DNA of 64,000 nucleotides from positions 2,308-66,307 of the forward strand of contig JALOQJ010000006.1 of assembly GCA_025453445.1 (NCBI GenBank), in the 5' to 3' direction. This document shows positions 44,538 to 54,678 of this stretch, in pieces. Position numbers and translations under genes: made by a program. Numbering within the stretch: the stretch's first letter is position 1; every line of letters begins with the position of its first letter. This stretch comes from Candidatus Omnitrophota bacterium. GTDB lineage: Bacteria; Omnitrophota; Gorgyraeia; Gygaellales; Profunditerraquicolaceae. The notes beneath the pieces were generated by a model. It did not search any database, had not been told where the DNA came from, and saw only the letters and a list, made by a program, of their open reading frames with translations.

Positions 44538-47291
44538 ATGAATGATATACCTACCCGCTATGATCCAAGGAAAACTGAAGATAAGTGGTATAAGCTTTGG
44601 GAAGATGAAAATTTATTTGCTGCAAAACCCAACTCAGACAAGAAACCATTCTGCGTAGTTATCCCGCCGCCAAATGTTACCGGTATCTTACACATGGGCC
44701 ATGCCCTGAATAATACTATTCAGGACATACTTATCCGCTACCATAGAATGCTCGGAGACGAATCACTTTGGATGCCCGGGACTGACCATGCTGGTATTGC
44801 TACTCAAAATGTAGTCGAGAAAGCTATTGCCAAAGAAGGATTAAAGCGGCAGGATTTAGGCAGGGAAAAATTTATTCAGCGGGTTTGGCTTTGGAGAGAA
44901 CAATATGGTTCAACGATCATCCATCAATTAAAAAAACTGGGCGCATCCTGCGATTGGCAGCGCCTGCGCTTTACCATGGATGAAGAATACTCAAAATCTG
45001 TAATTGATGTTTTTGTAAAATTATATGAAAAAGGCCTGATTTACCGCGGCAGTTACATTATTAACTGGTGCCCGCGCTGCCAGACTGCATTATCTGATGA
45101 AGAAGCTCCGCATCACGAATTACAGAGTAATTTATATTATTTACGCTATCCCCTGAAAGATAATCCTCAAGAATTCATAATAGTAGCAACTACACGGCCG
45201 GAAACCATGCTGGGCGACACTGCTGTGGCAGTTAATCCTAAAGATAGACGCTATAAGCATCTCGTCGGAAAAATTTTAATTCTGCCGTTAGTAAAGCGGG
45301 AAATTAGAATTATTGCTGACCCAATGGTGGATATGGAATTCGGTACTGGAGCGGTCAAAGTTACGCCTGCGCACGATCCCAATGATTATGCCTTAGGCAA
45401 AAAGCACGGGTTGGAATTTGTTAATGTAATGCATCCTGACGGTAAAATGAATGAATTTGCCGGCGACTATCAGGATATGGATAGATTTGAAGCCAGAGAA
45501 GTAATCTTAGAAGATTTATTAGAACAGAAACTCCTGGAAAAAATCACTCCTCATACTTTATCTGCGGGGCACTGCTACCGCTGCCACACAATAATCGAGC
45601 CCTATTTATCAAAGCAATGGTTTGTAAAAATGAAACCCTTGGCAAAACCGGCAATCGAAGCAGTTAAAAAGGGAAAAATTAAATTCCATCCTGATCGCTG
45701 GACTAAGGTCTATTTGAACTGGATGAAAAATATTCAGGATTGGTGTATCTCCCGTCAAATCTGGTGGGGGCACCGCCTGCCTGTATACTACTGTAAAAAC
45801 TGCCAGCAGTCAGCTATCAGCAAACAGCAATCAGCTAAAAACGAGTTGACAGCTGAAAGCAGAAAGCTGAAAGCTGAAGAAGGAGTCATTGTATCAAAAA
45901 TTAAACCAGCTAAGTGCCCTTATTGCGGATCTAACGAGATCTATCAAGACGAAGATGTCCTGGATACTTGGTTTTCTTCTTGGCTTTGGCCATTTGCCAC
46001 TTTTTATTGGCCTTTTCAGCAATCAGCTAAAAACGAGCTGACAGCTGAAAGCAACAAGCTGAAAGCTGAATTAGAATATTTTTACCCCACCTCAGTGCTT
46101 GTAACAGCCCCTGAAATTATCTTTTTCTGGGTAGCAAGAATGATTATGTCCGGCTTTGAGTTTATGGGTAAACTGCCCTTTAAAGACGTCTATATCCATG
46201 GCACAGTGCGCGATATCGAAGGTAAAAAAATGTCCAAGTCTCTCGGTAATATCATTGATCCGCTGGAAATTATCAATAAATACGGCACAGATGCCCTACG
46301 CTTCAGCCTGATTTCGATTACCGCAGAAGGCCAGGACGTTTTTCTCTCCAAAGAAAGATTTGAGCAAGGGAGAAACTTTGCCAATAAAATCTGGAATGCC
46401 TCAAGGTTTATTTTAATGAATTTAGAATCACCTCAAGACAAAGCCGATCTCTGCGTATTTTTTAAAAAAGAAAATCTCAGTTTAGTAAACCGTTGGATCT
46501 TAAGCCGTTTTTATTCTACGCTTAAAGCAATCAATAAAGACCTTGATAATTTTAAATTTAATGAAGCGGCTAACTTACTTTACGGATTTTTCTGGCATGA
46601 ATTCTGCGATTGGTATCTGGAACTAATCAAACCGGAAATAAAAACCAAGCAAAACCAGCTGGTGATGTATAAAATTTTGGAGAAATTCTTACGTGTAGCA
46701 CACCCATTTATGCCTTTTATCAGCGAAGAAATCTGGCATTTAATTAGAAACGAACAAGCTTCAAGCATTATGCTGCAACCATGGCCGCACATACAAGAGG
46801 AAATAATCGATAAAAAAGCGGAAATTGAGACAGAATTATTATTTAAAATTATCAGCGAAATCAGAAATCTGCGCATAGCAATCGAAGTAAAGCCCGAGCA
46901 AAGGGTAAATGTATCGCTTTATCCGCATACAAAAGCTATTGCCAGCCTCTTGGAGCAAAATTCTGCCTTATTGATTAATCTGGCAAAGATTGAAAAATTG
47001 GAATTGCTGAAAAAAAACTTAAGGCCTGATGCGACAATTACCTCAGTAGCGGAAGATATAGATATTTACCTGCACTTCAGCGGCCTCTTGGATATTGCCG
47101 CCGAGCAACAGAAAATCAAAGACAAAATTTCGCTGCTTGAAAAAAGCTTAAACGGTAAAAACAGCAGGTTATCTAATAAAGAATTTATGAAAAATGCTCC
47201 GGAAGATATCATTGTTAAGGAAAAAGAAAGCCGCGACAAGCTAATTGCTGAAATAAAACGTCTGGAGAAGATGCAAAATGAGCTGTGTTAA
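44538..47291 (+). CDS. valS: Valine--tRNA ligase
   Basis: PPPNVTGILHMGH, WCISRQ, KMSKS, C-terminal coiled coil. Confidence 0.97.
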   Translation: MNDIPTRYDPRKTEDKWYKLWEDENLFAAKPNSDKKPFCVVIPPPNVTGILHMGHALNNTIQDILIRYHRMLGDESLWMPGTDHAGIATQNVVEKAIAKEGLKRQDLGREKFIQRVWLWREQYGSTIIHQLKKLGASCDWQRLRFTMDEEYSKSVIDVFVKLYEKGLIYRGSYIINWCPRCQTALSDEEAPHHELQSNLYYLRYPLKDNPQEFIIVATTRPETMLGDTAVAVNPKDRRYKHLVGKILILPLVKREIRIIADPMVDMEFGTGAVKVTPAHDPNDYALGKKHGLEFVNVMHPDGKMNEFAGDYQDMDRFEAREVILEDLLEQKLLEKITPHTLSAGHCYRCHTIIEPYLSKQWFVKMKPLAKPAIEAVKKGKIKFHPDRWTKVYLNWMKNIQDWCISRQIWWGHRLPVYYCKNCQQSAISKQQSAKNELTAESRKLKAEEGVIVSKIKPAKCPYCGSNEIYQDEDVLDTWFSSWLWPFATFYWPFQQSAKNELTAESNKLKAELEYFYPTSVLVTAPEIIFFWVARMIMSGFEFMGKLPFKDVYIHGTVRDIEGKKMSKSLGNIIDPLEIINKYGTDALRFSLISITAEGQDVFLSKERFEQGRNFANKIWNASRFILMNLESPQDKADLCVFFKKENLSLVNRWILSRFYSTLKAINKDLDNFKFNEAANLLYGFFWHEFCDWYLELIKPEIKTKQNQLVMYKILEKFLRVAHPFMPFISEEIWHLIRNEQASSIMLQPWPHIQEEIIDKKAEIETELLFKIISEIRNLRIAIEVKPEQRVNVSLYPHTKAIASLLEQNSALLINLAKIEKLELLKKNLRPDATITSVAEDIDIYLHFSGLLDIAAEQQKIKDKISLLEKSLNGKNSRLSNKEFMKNAPEDIIVKEKESRDKLIAEIKRLEKMQNELC
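45804..45878 (+). repeat. In-frame palindromic heptamer element in valS, copy 1
   Basis: cagcagt cagctat cagcaaa cagcaat cagctaa aaacgagt tgacagc tgaaagc agaaagc tgaaagc tgaa. Confidence 0.92.
46017..46070 (+). repeat. In-frame palindromic heptamer element in valS, copy 2
   Basis: 54 nt, 3 mismatches to 45825-45878. Confidence 0.92.
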
Positions 47292-48117
47292 AGAAATTGA
47301 CTTAAAAGCTCTGATTCAATTTGCTCTAAAAGAGGATATTGGTTCAGGGGATATCACTAGCGAGGCCTTTATTCCAAAAAATAAATTCGTAAAAGCTGTG
47401 CTACTGGCAAAAGAACCCTGCATAATTTGCGGCCTGCATGTAGCGCAAACCGCCTTTAATACGCTGGATAAAACTATCCATTTCAAACCCCTGATAAAAG
47501 ATGGCGCTAAAGTGAAAAAAGATAAGGTAATTGCGCGCATTGAAGGAAATGCGAGGAGCATCTTAAGCGCAGAGAGAGTAGCGCTTAATTTTCTGGCGCA
47601 TCTTTCAGGGATAGCCACGCTCACCAGAAAATTTGTCGAAGCAGTGAAACCTGCTTATGTCAAAATTATCGATACCCGCAAAACTATCCCCGGCTTGCGC
47701 CTTTTACAAAAATATGCCGTAAGATGCGGCGGAGGATATAACCACCGTTTCAGCCTTGATGAAATGCTGATGATAAAGGATAATCATCTCAAAATCATCA
47801 AAAGCTATGGATTCCTCAGGCTTAAACCGGGAAACAAAAGAAAAAAACTTGAATGCGAAGTAACGAGTTTAAAGGAATTCAAGGAGGCGCTTGAATTACA
47901 GCCTGATATTATTATGCTGGATAATATGACTTTAAAAAAAATGCGTTCTGCTGTGCTGACTAACCGTAAATCCGCTCATCCGATAATCTTAGAGGCATCC
48001 GGAGGCATCAACTTAAAAAATATAAAAAAAGTCGCCTCAAGCGGAATCAATCTTATTTCCATCGGCGCATTAACTCATTCTGCGCCATCCAGCGATATAA
48101 GTCTCGAAATTAAATAA
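47278..48117 (+). CDS. nadC: Quinolinate phosphoribosyltransferase
   Basis: EDIGSGDIT, DTRKT, HR, KDNH, MLDN, EASGG. Confidence 0.95.
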   Translation: MSCVKEIDLKALIQFALKEDIGSGDITSEAFIPKNKFVKAVLLAKEPCIICGLHVAQTAFNTLDKTIHFKPLIKDGAKVKKDKVIARIEGNARSILSAERVALNFLAHLSGIATLTRKFVEAVKPAYVKIIDTRKTIPGLRLLQKYAVRCGGGYNHRFSLDEMLMIKDNHLKIIKSYGFLRLKPGNKRKKLECEVTSLKEFKEALELQPDIIMLDNMTLKKMRSAVLTNRKSAHPIILEASGGINLKNIKKVASSGINLISIGALTHSAPSSDISLEIK

Positions 48118-48128
48118 GAGAAAGTAAG

Positions 48129-48137
48129 TTATCCACA
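48129..48137 (+). promoter_or_regulatory. Consensus DnaA box upstream of uvrB
   Basis: TTATCCACA. Confidence 0.55.
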
Positions 48138-48139
48138 GA

Positions 48140-48165
48140 GTAGGGGACGTTTAAACGTCCCCTAC
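48140..48165. repeat. Perfect 26-bp palindrome, GTAG-type REP-like
   Basis: gtaggggacgtttaaacgtcccctac. Confidence 0.8.
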
Positions 48166-48177
48166 CAGAGATTATTC

Positions 48178-50145
48178 ATGGAAGACTTTAAATTAGTTTC
48201 ACAATTTAGGCCCTGCGGCGACCAGCCTAAGGCAATCAGGGAATTAACCAAATCCATTACTTCCGGAAAAAGATACCAGACTTTACTGGGGGTCACTGGC
48301 TCAGGAAAAACTTTTACTTTAGCCAATGCTATCGCCCAAATAAACCTGCCTACCCTGGTAATTTCACATAATAAAACACTTGCCGCGCAATTATACTCTG
48401 AATTTAAAGAATTTTTTCCCCATAATGCCGTGGAATATTTTGTCAGCTATTATGATTACTACCAGCCCGAGGCATATGTTCCTTCTACTGATACCTACAT
48501 AGAAAAAGACGCTTCTATCAATGACAGGCTTGACCGGCTGCGGCTTTCAGCAACTACTTCCTTAATGAGCCGCAAAGACGTAATTATTGTAGCTTCAGTA
48601 TCCTGTATTTATAACCTCGGCAGTCCTGATGATTACCGGGATATGCTTGTATTTATCAGAAAGGGCGAAAGCATTGCCCGCGATGAACTTATTTTAAAAC
48701 TGATTCAGATACAATACGTTCGAAATGATTATGAATTTGTGCGCGGAAAAATCAGGGTAAGAGGCGACAGCCTTGAGGTATTTCCTTCCTACGGCGAGAT
48801 TGCTTTGCGCCTTGAATTATCGGGCGAGAAAATAGAGAAAATCAGCGAGATTGACCCTTTATCCGGCAAAACTTTAAACCAACTAGACAAAACCGCGATT
48901 TATCCGGCCAAGCATTTTATCGTCTCTGGAGATAAAATCGAAGGTGCAGTGAAATCCATTAGGCAAGAATTAGAGCAACAGCTTAAATTCTTAAGAAATA
49001 AAAATAAACTACTGGAGGCGCAGCGCCTTGAATCGCGCACTAATTATGACTTGGAAATGCTCAAAGAAATAGGTTATTGCCACGGAATCGAAAACTATTC
49101 CCGGCATCTCAGTGCCAGGCCTGCGGGTTCCCGGCCATTCTGTATGATTGATTATTTTCCCGCTGATTTTCTTACTATTATCGATGAATCGCATGTCACT
49201 GTGCCGCAAATTAGAGGAATGTATGAAGGTGATCGTGCCAGAAAAAGGATTCTGGTTGATTATGGTTTCCGGCTCCCCTCCTGCATGGAAAACCGGCCAT
49301 TAAAATTTGAAGAATTCGACAGCCTGATAAAAAAAGAAGTATTTGTTTCTGCCACGCCCGACGAATACGAACTTAAAAAAAGCAAAGATAAGCCGATTGA
49401 GCAAATTATTCGGCCAACAGGCTTAATTGACCCGGAGATTATAATTAACCCGTCGGAAAACCAGCTCGATGATTTAATCGAAGAGGTGAAAGCGCGCGCT
49501 AAAAATGATGAACGAACGCTAGTAACCACGCTCACCAAAAGAATGGCAGAAGACTTAACAACTTATCTACAGGAAAGGGGCCTGAAGGTAAAATATTTAC
49601 ATTCCGAAGTAAAAACCATAGACCGGTCAAAAATTTTAAGGGAATTGAGGCAGAAAAATTTTGACTGCCTTGTTGGGATAAACTTATTGCGCGAAGGGCT
49701 CGATTTACCTGAGGTATCATTAGTGGCAATCCTTGATGCGGATAAAGAAGGTTTTTTGCGCTCAGCAACCAGCTTAATTCAGGTTGCCGGCCGCGCAGCC
49801 CGTAATATCAATGGTAAAGTAATCATGTACGCGGACACAATTACCCGCTCTATGAAAAAAGCAATCGGCGAAAGCAACCGCAGAAGAATAATACAATTAG
49901 AATTTAACAAGAAAAATAACATTACGCCGCGCTCAATTCAAAAAGCAATCAAACAAGGTATCGAAGACTTGGAGGAAACCGAGAATTTTATCCAGGGCCT
50001 GACCGGAATGAATAAAGAAGAATATGAGTTGAATAAATTTATTGCCGAGTTAGAATATGAAATGGAGCTGGCTAGCCGTAACTTACAGTTTGAAAAAGCA
50101 GCCATTTTAAGAGATAAAATCAGGGAGTTAAAACCAAATCTATGA
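48178..50145 (+). CDS. uvrB: Excinuclease ABC subunit B
   Basis: GVTGSGKT, YYDYYQPEAY, DESH, GRAARN, UVR domain. Confidence 0.97.
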   Translation: MEDFKLVSQFRPCGDQPKAIRELTKSITSGKRYQTLLGVTGSGKTFTLANAIAQINLPTLVISHNKTLAAQLYSEFKEFFPHNAVEYFVSYYDYYQPEAYVPSTDTYIEKDASINDRLDRLRLSATTSLMSRKDVIIVASVSCIYNLGSPDDYRDMLVFIRKGESIARDELILKLIQIQYVRNDYEFVRGKIRVRGDSLEVFPSYGEIALRLELSGEKIEKISEIDPLSGKTLNQLDKTAIYPAKHFIVSGDKIEGAVKSIRQELEQQLKFLRNKNKLLEAQRLESRTNYDLEMLKEIGYCHGIENYSRHLSARPAGSRPFCMIDYFPADFLTIIDESHVTVPQIRGMYEGDRARKRILVDYGFRLPSCMENRPLKFEEFDSLIKKEVFVSATPDEYELKKSKDKPIEQIIRPTGLIDPEIIINPSENQLDDLIEEVKARAKNDERTLVTTLTKRMAEDLTTYLQERGLKVKYLHSEVKTIDRSKILRELRQKNFDCLVGINLLREGLDLPEVSLVAILDADKEGFLRSATSLIQVAGRAARNINGKVIMYADTITRSMKKAIGESNRRRIIQLEFNKKNNITPRSIQKAIKQGIEDLEETENFIQGLTGMNKEEYELNKFIAELEYEMELASRNLQFEKAAILRDKIRELKPNL

Positions 50146-50879
50146 ATTTATTAGCTGTTGACATCGGAAATACTAATATAAATTTCGGGATTTTTTGCAA
50201 AAATAAACTTGCCAGAGAATTCAGCATGCCTACAAGGGATTATAACCTGAAATCATTCAAGCGAATGCTTGGTAAAAGCTGCATCAACGATACGGTAATT
50301 TGCAGCGTAGTGCCGGATGTTACCGGAATACTTGCAATTGATTTAAAAAAAATTACAGGCAGTAAACCATATATTATAGGTAAGAACCTGGCTATACCTG
50401 TAAAAAATCTTTACCGCAAACCCAAACAAGTAGGCCAGGATCGGCTGGTAAATGCCTATGCCGGAATAAAACTGTTCGGCTCACCCCTGATCGTGGTTGA
50501 TTTCGGCACAGCAATTACTTTTGATGTAGTCTCAAAAAATAAAGAATACATGGGAGGCATGATTATTCCCGGCTTAAAAATATCCTTAAATACTTTAGCG
50601 CAAAATACCGCTTTGCTGCCAAAAATAAATTTGCAAAAACCTTCTGAGTTTATTGGCCGCGATACAAAAAGCAGTATGCTCAGCGGATTAGTTTACGGTT
50701 TTGCAGCACTTACCGATGATTTGGCTAAAAGAATAAAACAAAAAATCGGCAGGCATGCTAAAGTAATCGGCACAGGCGGGAATATCCGTTTAATCGCTAA
50801 ATTCTGCCAAGAAATAAATACAGTCGACCCTTATCTGACTCTGAAAGGATTGTTATTGGCTTACAATAACAGGAGGTGA
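50142..50879 (+). CDS. coaX: Type III pantothenate kinase
   Basis: DIGNT, GQDR, DFGTAITFD, TGG. Confidence 0.94.
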   Translation: MNLLAVDIGNTNINFGIFCKNKLAREFSMPTRDYNLKSFKRMLGKSCINDTVICSVVPDVTGILAIDLKKITGSKPYIIGKNLAIPVKNLYRKPKQVGQDRLVNAYAGIKLFGSPLIVVDFGTAITFDVVSKNKEYMGGMIIPGLKISLNTLAQNTALLPKINLQKPSEFIGRDTKSSMLSGLVYGFAALTDDLAKRIKQKIGRHAKVIGTGGNIRLIAKFCQEINTVDPYLTLKGLLLAYNNRR

Positions 50880-50883
50880 TCTA

Positions 50884-51888
50884 ATGTCAGAATTACGCTA
50901 TAACCTGATTTCACGTGAACTGGTAATCATTGCCACTGAACGCGCAAAACGGCCGGAAGATTTTAAAAAAGCAAAAAAAGAAAAAATAGAGCTGCCGGAA
51001 TATAGAGCAGACTGCCCTTTTTGCCCAAAAAACGAAAAACTATCCCCTCCGGAAACTTTTTCTATTCTCAACGGAAATTCATGGAGAACGCGGGTAATCC
51101 CCAATAAATTCAGCGCACTTTCACCCGATGCCTCAAGAATTCGCACTAATAAAAGCGTTTACTACCGTAAAATTGACGGTTATGGCTTTCATGAAGTAAT
51201 TATTGAACACCCGAAACACAATATGATTATCGCGCTAATGTCTTACCAAGACGTTGAAAATATCATAAAAACCTACCACGCGCGCTATACCGATATTCAG
51301 AATAAAGAAGGCATTGAAGCGATTGTTATTTTTAAAAATCACGGGCCCTCAGCAGGAACATCTCAGGAACATCCGCATTCTCAGTTGATCGCCACACCAG
51401 TAGTGCCGCCTCAAATAAGAGAGCGCGTAGAACAATCAACAAGATTTTATGACGGTACAGGCCAGTGCATGTTTTGCGTAAGTTTAGACGAAGAGCTAAA
51501 AGATGATAAAAAGAGAATAGTTACCGAAACTGAGCATTTTGTTTCTCTGATTCCCTATGCTACTTTATCGCCGTTTGCCACGCGAGTTACCCCTAAAAGA
51601 CACATGCCTTCTTTTGCCGATATTAACGAAGCTGAAATAAAGGACCTGGCGATTAATTTAAAAGATACTCTTGCAAAGCTCTATTACGGACTGGACAATC
51701 CGGATTTCAACTATACTATCCGTTCTATTCCGGTGCACGAATATGGACGGGATTATTTTCACTGGTACTTAAGCATTATCCCGCGCATCAGCCGGCCTGC
51801 GGGATTTGAACTTGGCTCAGGCATATTTATTAATTCCTCTTTACCGGAGGAAGGCGCGGCATTTTTAAGACAAGTAAAAATACCGTAG
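50884..51888 (+). CDS. galT: Galactose-1-phosphate uridylyltransferase family
   Basis: RAKRP, CPFC, HPHSQ, AGFELG. Confidence 0.92.
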   Translation: MSELRYNLISRELVIIATERAKRPEDFKKAKKEKIELPEYRADCPFCPKNEKLSPPETFSILNGNSWRTRVIPNKFSALSPDASRIRTNKSVYYRKIDGYGFHEVIIEHPKHNMIIALMSYQDVENIIKTYHARYTDIQNKEGIEAIVIFKNHGPSAGTSQEHPHSQLIATPVVPPQIRERVEQSTRFYDGTGQCMFCVSLDEELKDDKKRIVTETEHFVSLIPYATLSPFATRVTPKRHMPSFADINEAEIKDLAINLKDTLAKLYYGLDNPDFNYTIRSIPVHEYGRDYFHWYLSIIPRISRPAGFELGSGIFINSSLPEEGAAFLRQVKIP

Positions 51889-51956
51889 ATTGTCATTATG
51901 ACACAATTAAAATTAATATTGCATAACATCCTTATTATGGTAAACTGAATAAAGTT

Positions 51957-52460
51957 ATGAAAAATATTGTCCTATTATTCCTGATTTTAAACTTTCTATC
52001 CGGCTGCGCCAGTTATAAATACCAGAAGAGCCAGTCTACTACAGGCAATACTGTCTACCTTGTAGCGCGGGATGATAAGGTTATCCCGGAATATACAATT
52101 GGCCCGGATAAAACTTATCCCGACTTAAAAGTTGCTCAAGAACGTTTTAAGAGGCGCCGGGGAATGGTTGAATATTACTATAAGAATATGAACTATATCA
52201 TGAACCGTTTTCACGAAGGAGTAGATGTCTATGGCGGGCTAATACTAGGCATGGCAACAGCCCCATTCCGCACGCCTTTTGTGGCAGTTGGGGATTACCG
52301 CTATAACCATAATCCGCAGTATAAAGAAAAAGTTGACGCGATATATGCGAAGGAAGATGCGGATGAAGAAGCGCGTATTGCCAAGCTAAAAGTAGCCCTA
52401 AACGATTACATGCAAAAGGATTTCGCCTTAGAAGAAAAGAAGCAACCAACGGAAAAATAA
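51957..52460 (+). CDS. Hypothetical lipoprotein
   Basis: Lipobox LSGC after hydrophobic stretch. Confidence 0.75.
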   Translation: MKNIVLLFLILNFLSGCASYKYQKSQSTTGNTVYLVARDDKVIPEYTIGPDKTYPDLKVAQERFKRRRGMVEYYYKNMNYIMNRFHEGVDVYGGLILGMATAPFRTPFVAVGDYRYNHNPQYKEKVDAIYAKEDADEEARIAKLKVALNDYMQKDFALEEKKQPTEK

Positions 52461-52468
52461 AAAAATAC

Positions 52469-52496
52469 TTGACAAGAATTTTTTTTTCTTTATAAT
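52469..52496 (+). promoter_or_regulatory. Sigma70 promoter of groESL
   Basis: TTGACA-16 nt-TATAAT. Confidence 0.85.
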
Positions 52497-52522
52497 TGGC
52501 ACTCTTGAGTAAGGACTGCTAA
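52496..52522 (+). promoter_or_regulatory. CIRCE element (HrcA operator)
   Basis: TTGGCACTC-N9-GACTGCTAA versus consensus TTAGCACTC-N9-GAGTGCTAA. Confidence 0.9.
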
Positions 52523-52558
52523 CAAAAACAAATATTTTATTACAGGAGGTGTAGAAGC

Positions 52559-52849
52559 ATGGATATCAAACCATTAGGAGACAGAGTGGTAATTAAACCC
52601 TTGGAGGCGGAAACTAAAACCAAAGGCGGCATTGTCCTGCCTGATACTGCCAAGGAAAAACCCCAAGAGGGAAAAGTCATCGCAGTAGGAAAAGGCAAAA
52701 CACTTGATAACGGAACTTTACAGGCTTTAGAAGTCAAGGTAGGAGACAAGGTATTATACGGCAAATATTCCGGCAACGAAATTACCAACAAAGAAGGCGA
52801 AGAACTATTAATTATGCGCGAAGATGATATTCTCGCGATTATCAAATAA
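52559..52849 (+). CDS. groES: Co-chaperonin GroES
   Basis: [21 protein letters not shown]. Confidence 0.98.
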   Translation: MDIKPLGDRVVIKPLEAETKTKGGIVLPDTAKEKPQEGKVIAVGKGKTLDNGTLQALEVKVGDKVLYGKYSGNEITNKEGEELLIMREDDILAIIK

Positions 52850-52867
52850 GAAGGAGAGTGAAGAATT

Positions 52868-54505
52868 ATGGCAAAGCAACTTTTATACAGTGATGAAGCA
52901 CGCCGGAAAATTTTAAGCGGCGTTGAACAATTAGCTGCTGCAGTTAAAGTAACTTTAGGGCCCAAAGGCCGCAATGTGGTAATTGATAAAAAATTCGGCT
53001 CACCCACTATCACCAAAGACGGTGTTACAGTAGCAAAAGAAATTGACCTTGAAGATCCTTTTGAAAATATGGGCGCCCAGATGGTCAAAGAAGTCGCGGA
53101 AAAAACTTCTGATATCGCTGGTGACGGCACCACTACAGCTACTATATTAGCAGAATCAATTTTTCGCGAAGGCCTAAAGAACGTTACTGCCGGCGCAAAC
53201 CCAATGGCTTTAAAGCGCGGGATTGAAAAAGCAGTCGAAAAAGTCGTCGAGGAACTTGGCAAACTTTCTACACCGATTAAAGATAAAAAAGAAATTGCTC
53301 AGGTCGCTACTATTGCCGCAAATTCCGACAATGCAATCGGCGAATTAATTGCCGAAGCAATGGACAAGGTCGGTAAAGACGGAGTAATTACCGTTGAAGA
53401 AGCAAAATCAACTGCCACTACTTTAGATGTAGTAGAAGGTATGCAGTTTGATCAAGGATATCTTTCTCCGTATTTTGTCACAGACGCAGAAAGAATGGAA
53501 GTGCTCTTAGAAGATCCTTTTATTTTGATTTATGAGAAAAAGATTTCCTCAATCAAGGACATCCTGCCTTTGCTTGAGAAAATCGCCCGTGTGGGAAAAC
53601 CGCTTCTAATCGTAGCAGAAGAAGTTGAAGGCGAAGCATTAGCTACATTAGTAGTAAACAAAATCCGCGGTACTTTTGTTGCTTGCGCAGTTAAGGCTCC
53701 CGGATACGGAGACAGGCGCAAAGCCATGCTTGAGGATATTGCCATTCTTACCGGAGGCAAAGCAATCACCGAAGACCTCGGTATCAAGCTAGAGAATATC
53801 GAAGTAGAAGACCTGGGCCGGGCAAAGAAAGTCAAAATAGACAAGGAAAATACCACTATTGTCGAAGGCGTAGGAAAACCTGCTGCGATTAATGCCAGGA
53901 TCGCCCAGATCAAGAAACAAATCGAAGGTACTGATTCTGATTATGATAAAGAGAAACTTCAAGAACGTTTGGCAAAAATCGCCGGCGGAGTTGCTGTGAT
54001 TAATGTCGGCGCTGCCACAGAAACTGAAATGAAAGAGAAAAAATCCAGGGTAGAAGATGCCCTACATGCAACTCGTGCCGCATCACAAGAAGGGATTGTT
54101 CCTGGCGGCGGAGTAGCATTAGTGCGCGCTATCGCTGCTTTGGATAAATTCAAGCTTGATGGTGATGAAAAAATCGGCGTGGCAATTGTCAAACGCGCGA
54201 TTGAGGAACCTTTAAGGCAGATCGTGGAAAACGCCGGACTTGAAGGCTCAGTAGTAGCACAACGCATTAAAACAGAAAAAACCAATGTTGGTTATGATGT
54301 TAATCAAGATGCATATGTAGACATGATTGAGGCGGGAGTAATTGATCCTACGAAAGTTACCCGTTCAGCATTACAAAACGCTTCCAGCATTGCAGCCTTG
54401 TTATTAACTACCGAAGCATTAATCGCTGACAAGCCGGAAAAGGAAGATAAGATGCCTCCAATGCCGGGCGGCGGAATGCCAAGTGGCATGGGCGGAATGT
54501 ATTAA
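52868..54505 (+). CDS. groEL: Chaperonin GroEL
   Basis: [18 protein letters not shown] tail. Confidence 0.98.
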   Translation: MAKQLLYSDEARRKILSGVEQLAAAVKVTLGPKGRNVVIDKKFGSPTITKDGVTVAKEIDLEDPFENMGAQMVKEVAEKTSDIAGDGTTTATILAESIFREGLKNVTAGANPMALKRGIEKAVEKVVEELGKLSTPIKDKKEIAQVATIAANSDNAIGELIAEAMDKVGKDGVITVEEAKSTATTLDVVEGMQFDQGYLSPYFVTDAERMEVLLEDPFILIYEKKISSIKDILPLLEKIARVGKPLLIVAEEVEGEALATLVVNKIRGTFVACAVKAPGYGDRRKAMLEDIAILTGGKAITEDLGIKLENIEVEDLGRAKKVKIDKENTTIVEGVGKPAAINARIAQIKKQIEGTDSDYDKEKLQERLAKIAGGVAVINVGAATETEMKEKKSRVEDALHATRAASQEGIVPGGGVALVRAIAALDKFKLDGDEKIGVAIVKRAIEEPLRQIVENAGLEGSVVAQRIKTEKTNVGYDVNQDAYVDMIEAGVIDPTKVTRSALQNASSIAALLLTTEALIADKPEKEDKMPPMPGGGMPSGMGGMY

Positions 54506-54524
54506 AAAGTTGCAAATAAACAAC

Positions 54525-54562
54525 AAAAAGGACGATTCTTGAAAGAGAATCGTCCTTTTTTT
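54525..54562 (+). terminator. Intrinsic terminator after groEL
   Basis: aaaaaggacgattct-tgaaag-agaatcgtccttttttt. Confidence 0.9.
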
Positions 54563-54577
54563 AATTTAAAAAAAATA

Positions 54578-54606
54578 TTGACAAAAACCCATTCTTAGTG
54601 TAAAAT
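54578..54606 (+). promoter_or_regulatory. Sigma70 promoter of guaBA
   Basis: TTGACA-17 nt-TAAAAT. Confidence 0.8.
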
Positions 54607-54678
54607 TCAATATTCTTATCGGAGGACCCTTCATTTCTAAACCATTGATAAATAATAAGTTATAAGGAGAGTAAGAAA

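Noticed and set aside
51891-51905. TGTCATTATGACA palindrome sharing TTATGACACA with 7332-7341
   Set aside because: Only two short AT-rich matches; insufficient to call an operator.
52540-54489. Long antisense ORFs opposite groES/groEL (up to 240 aa)
   Set aside because: Typical shadow ORFs of conserved, codon-biased genes; no independent signals.
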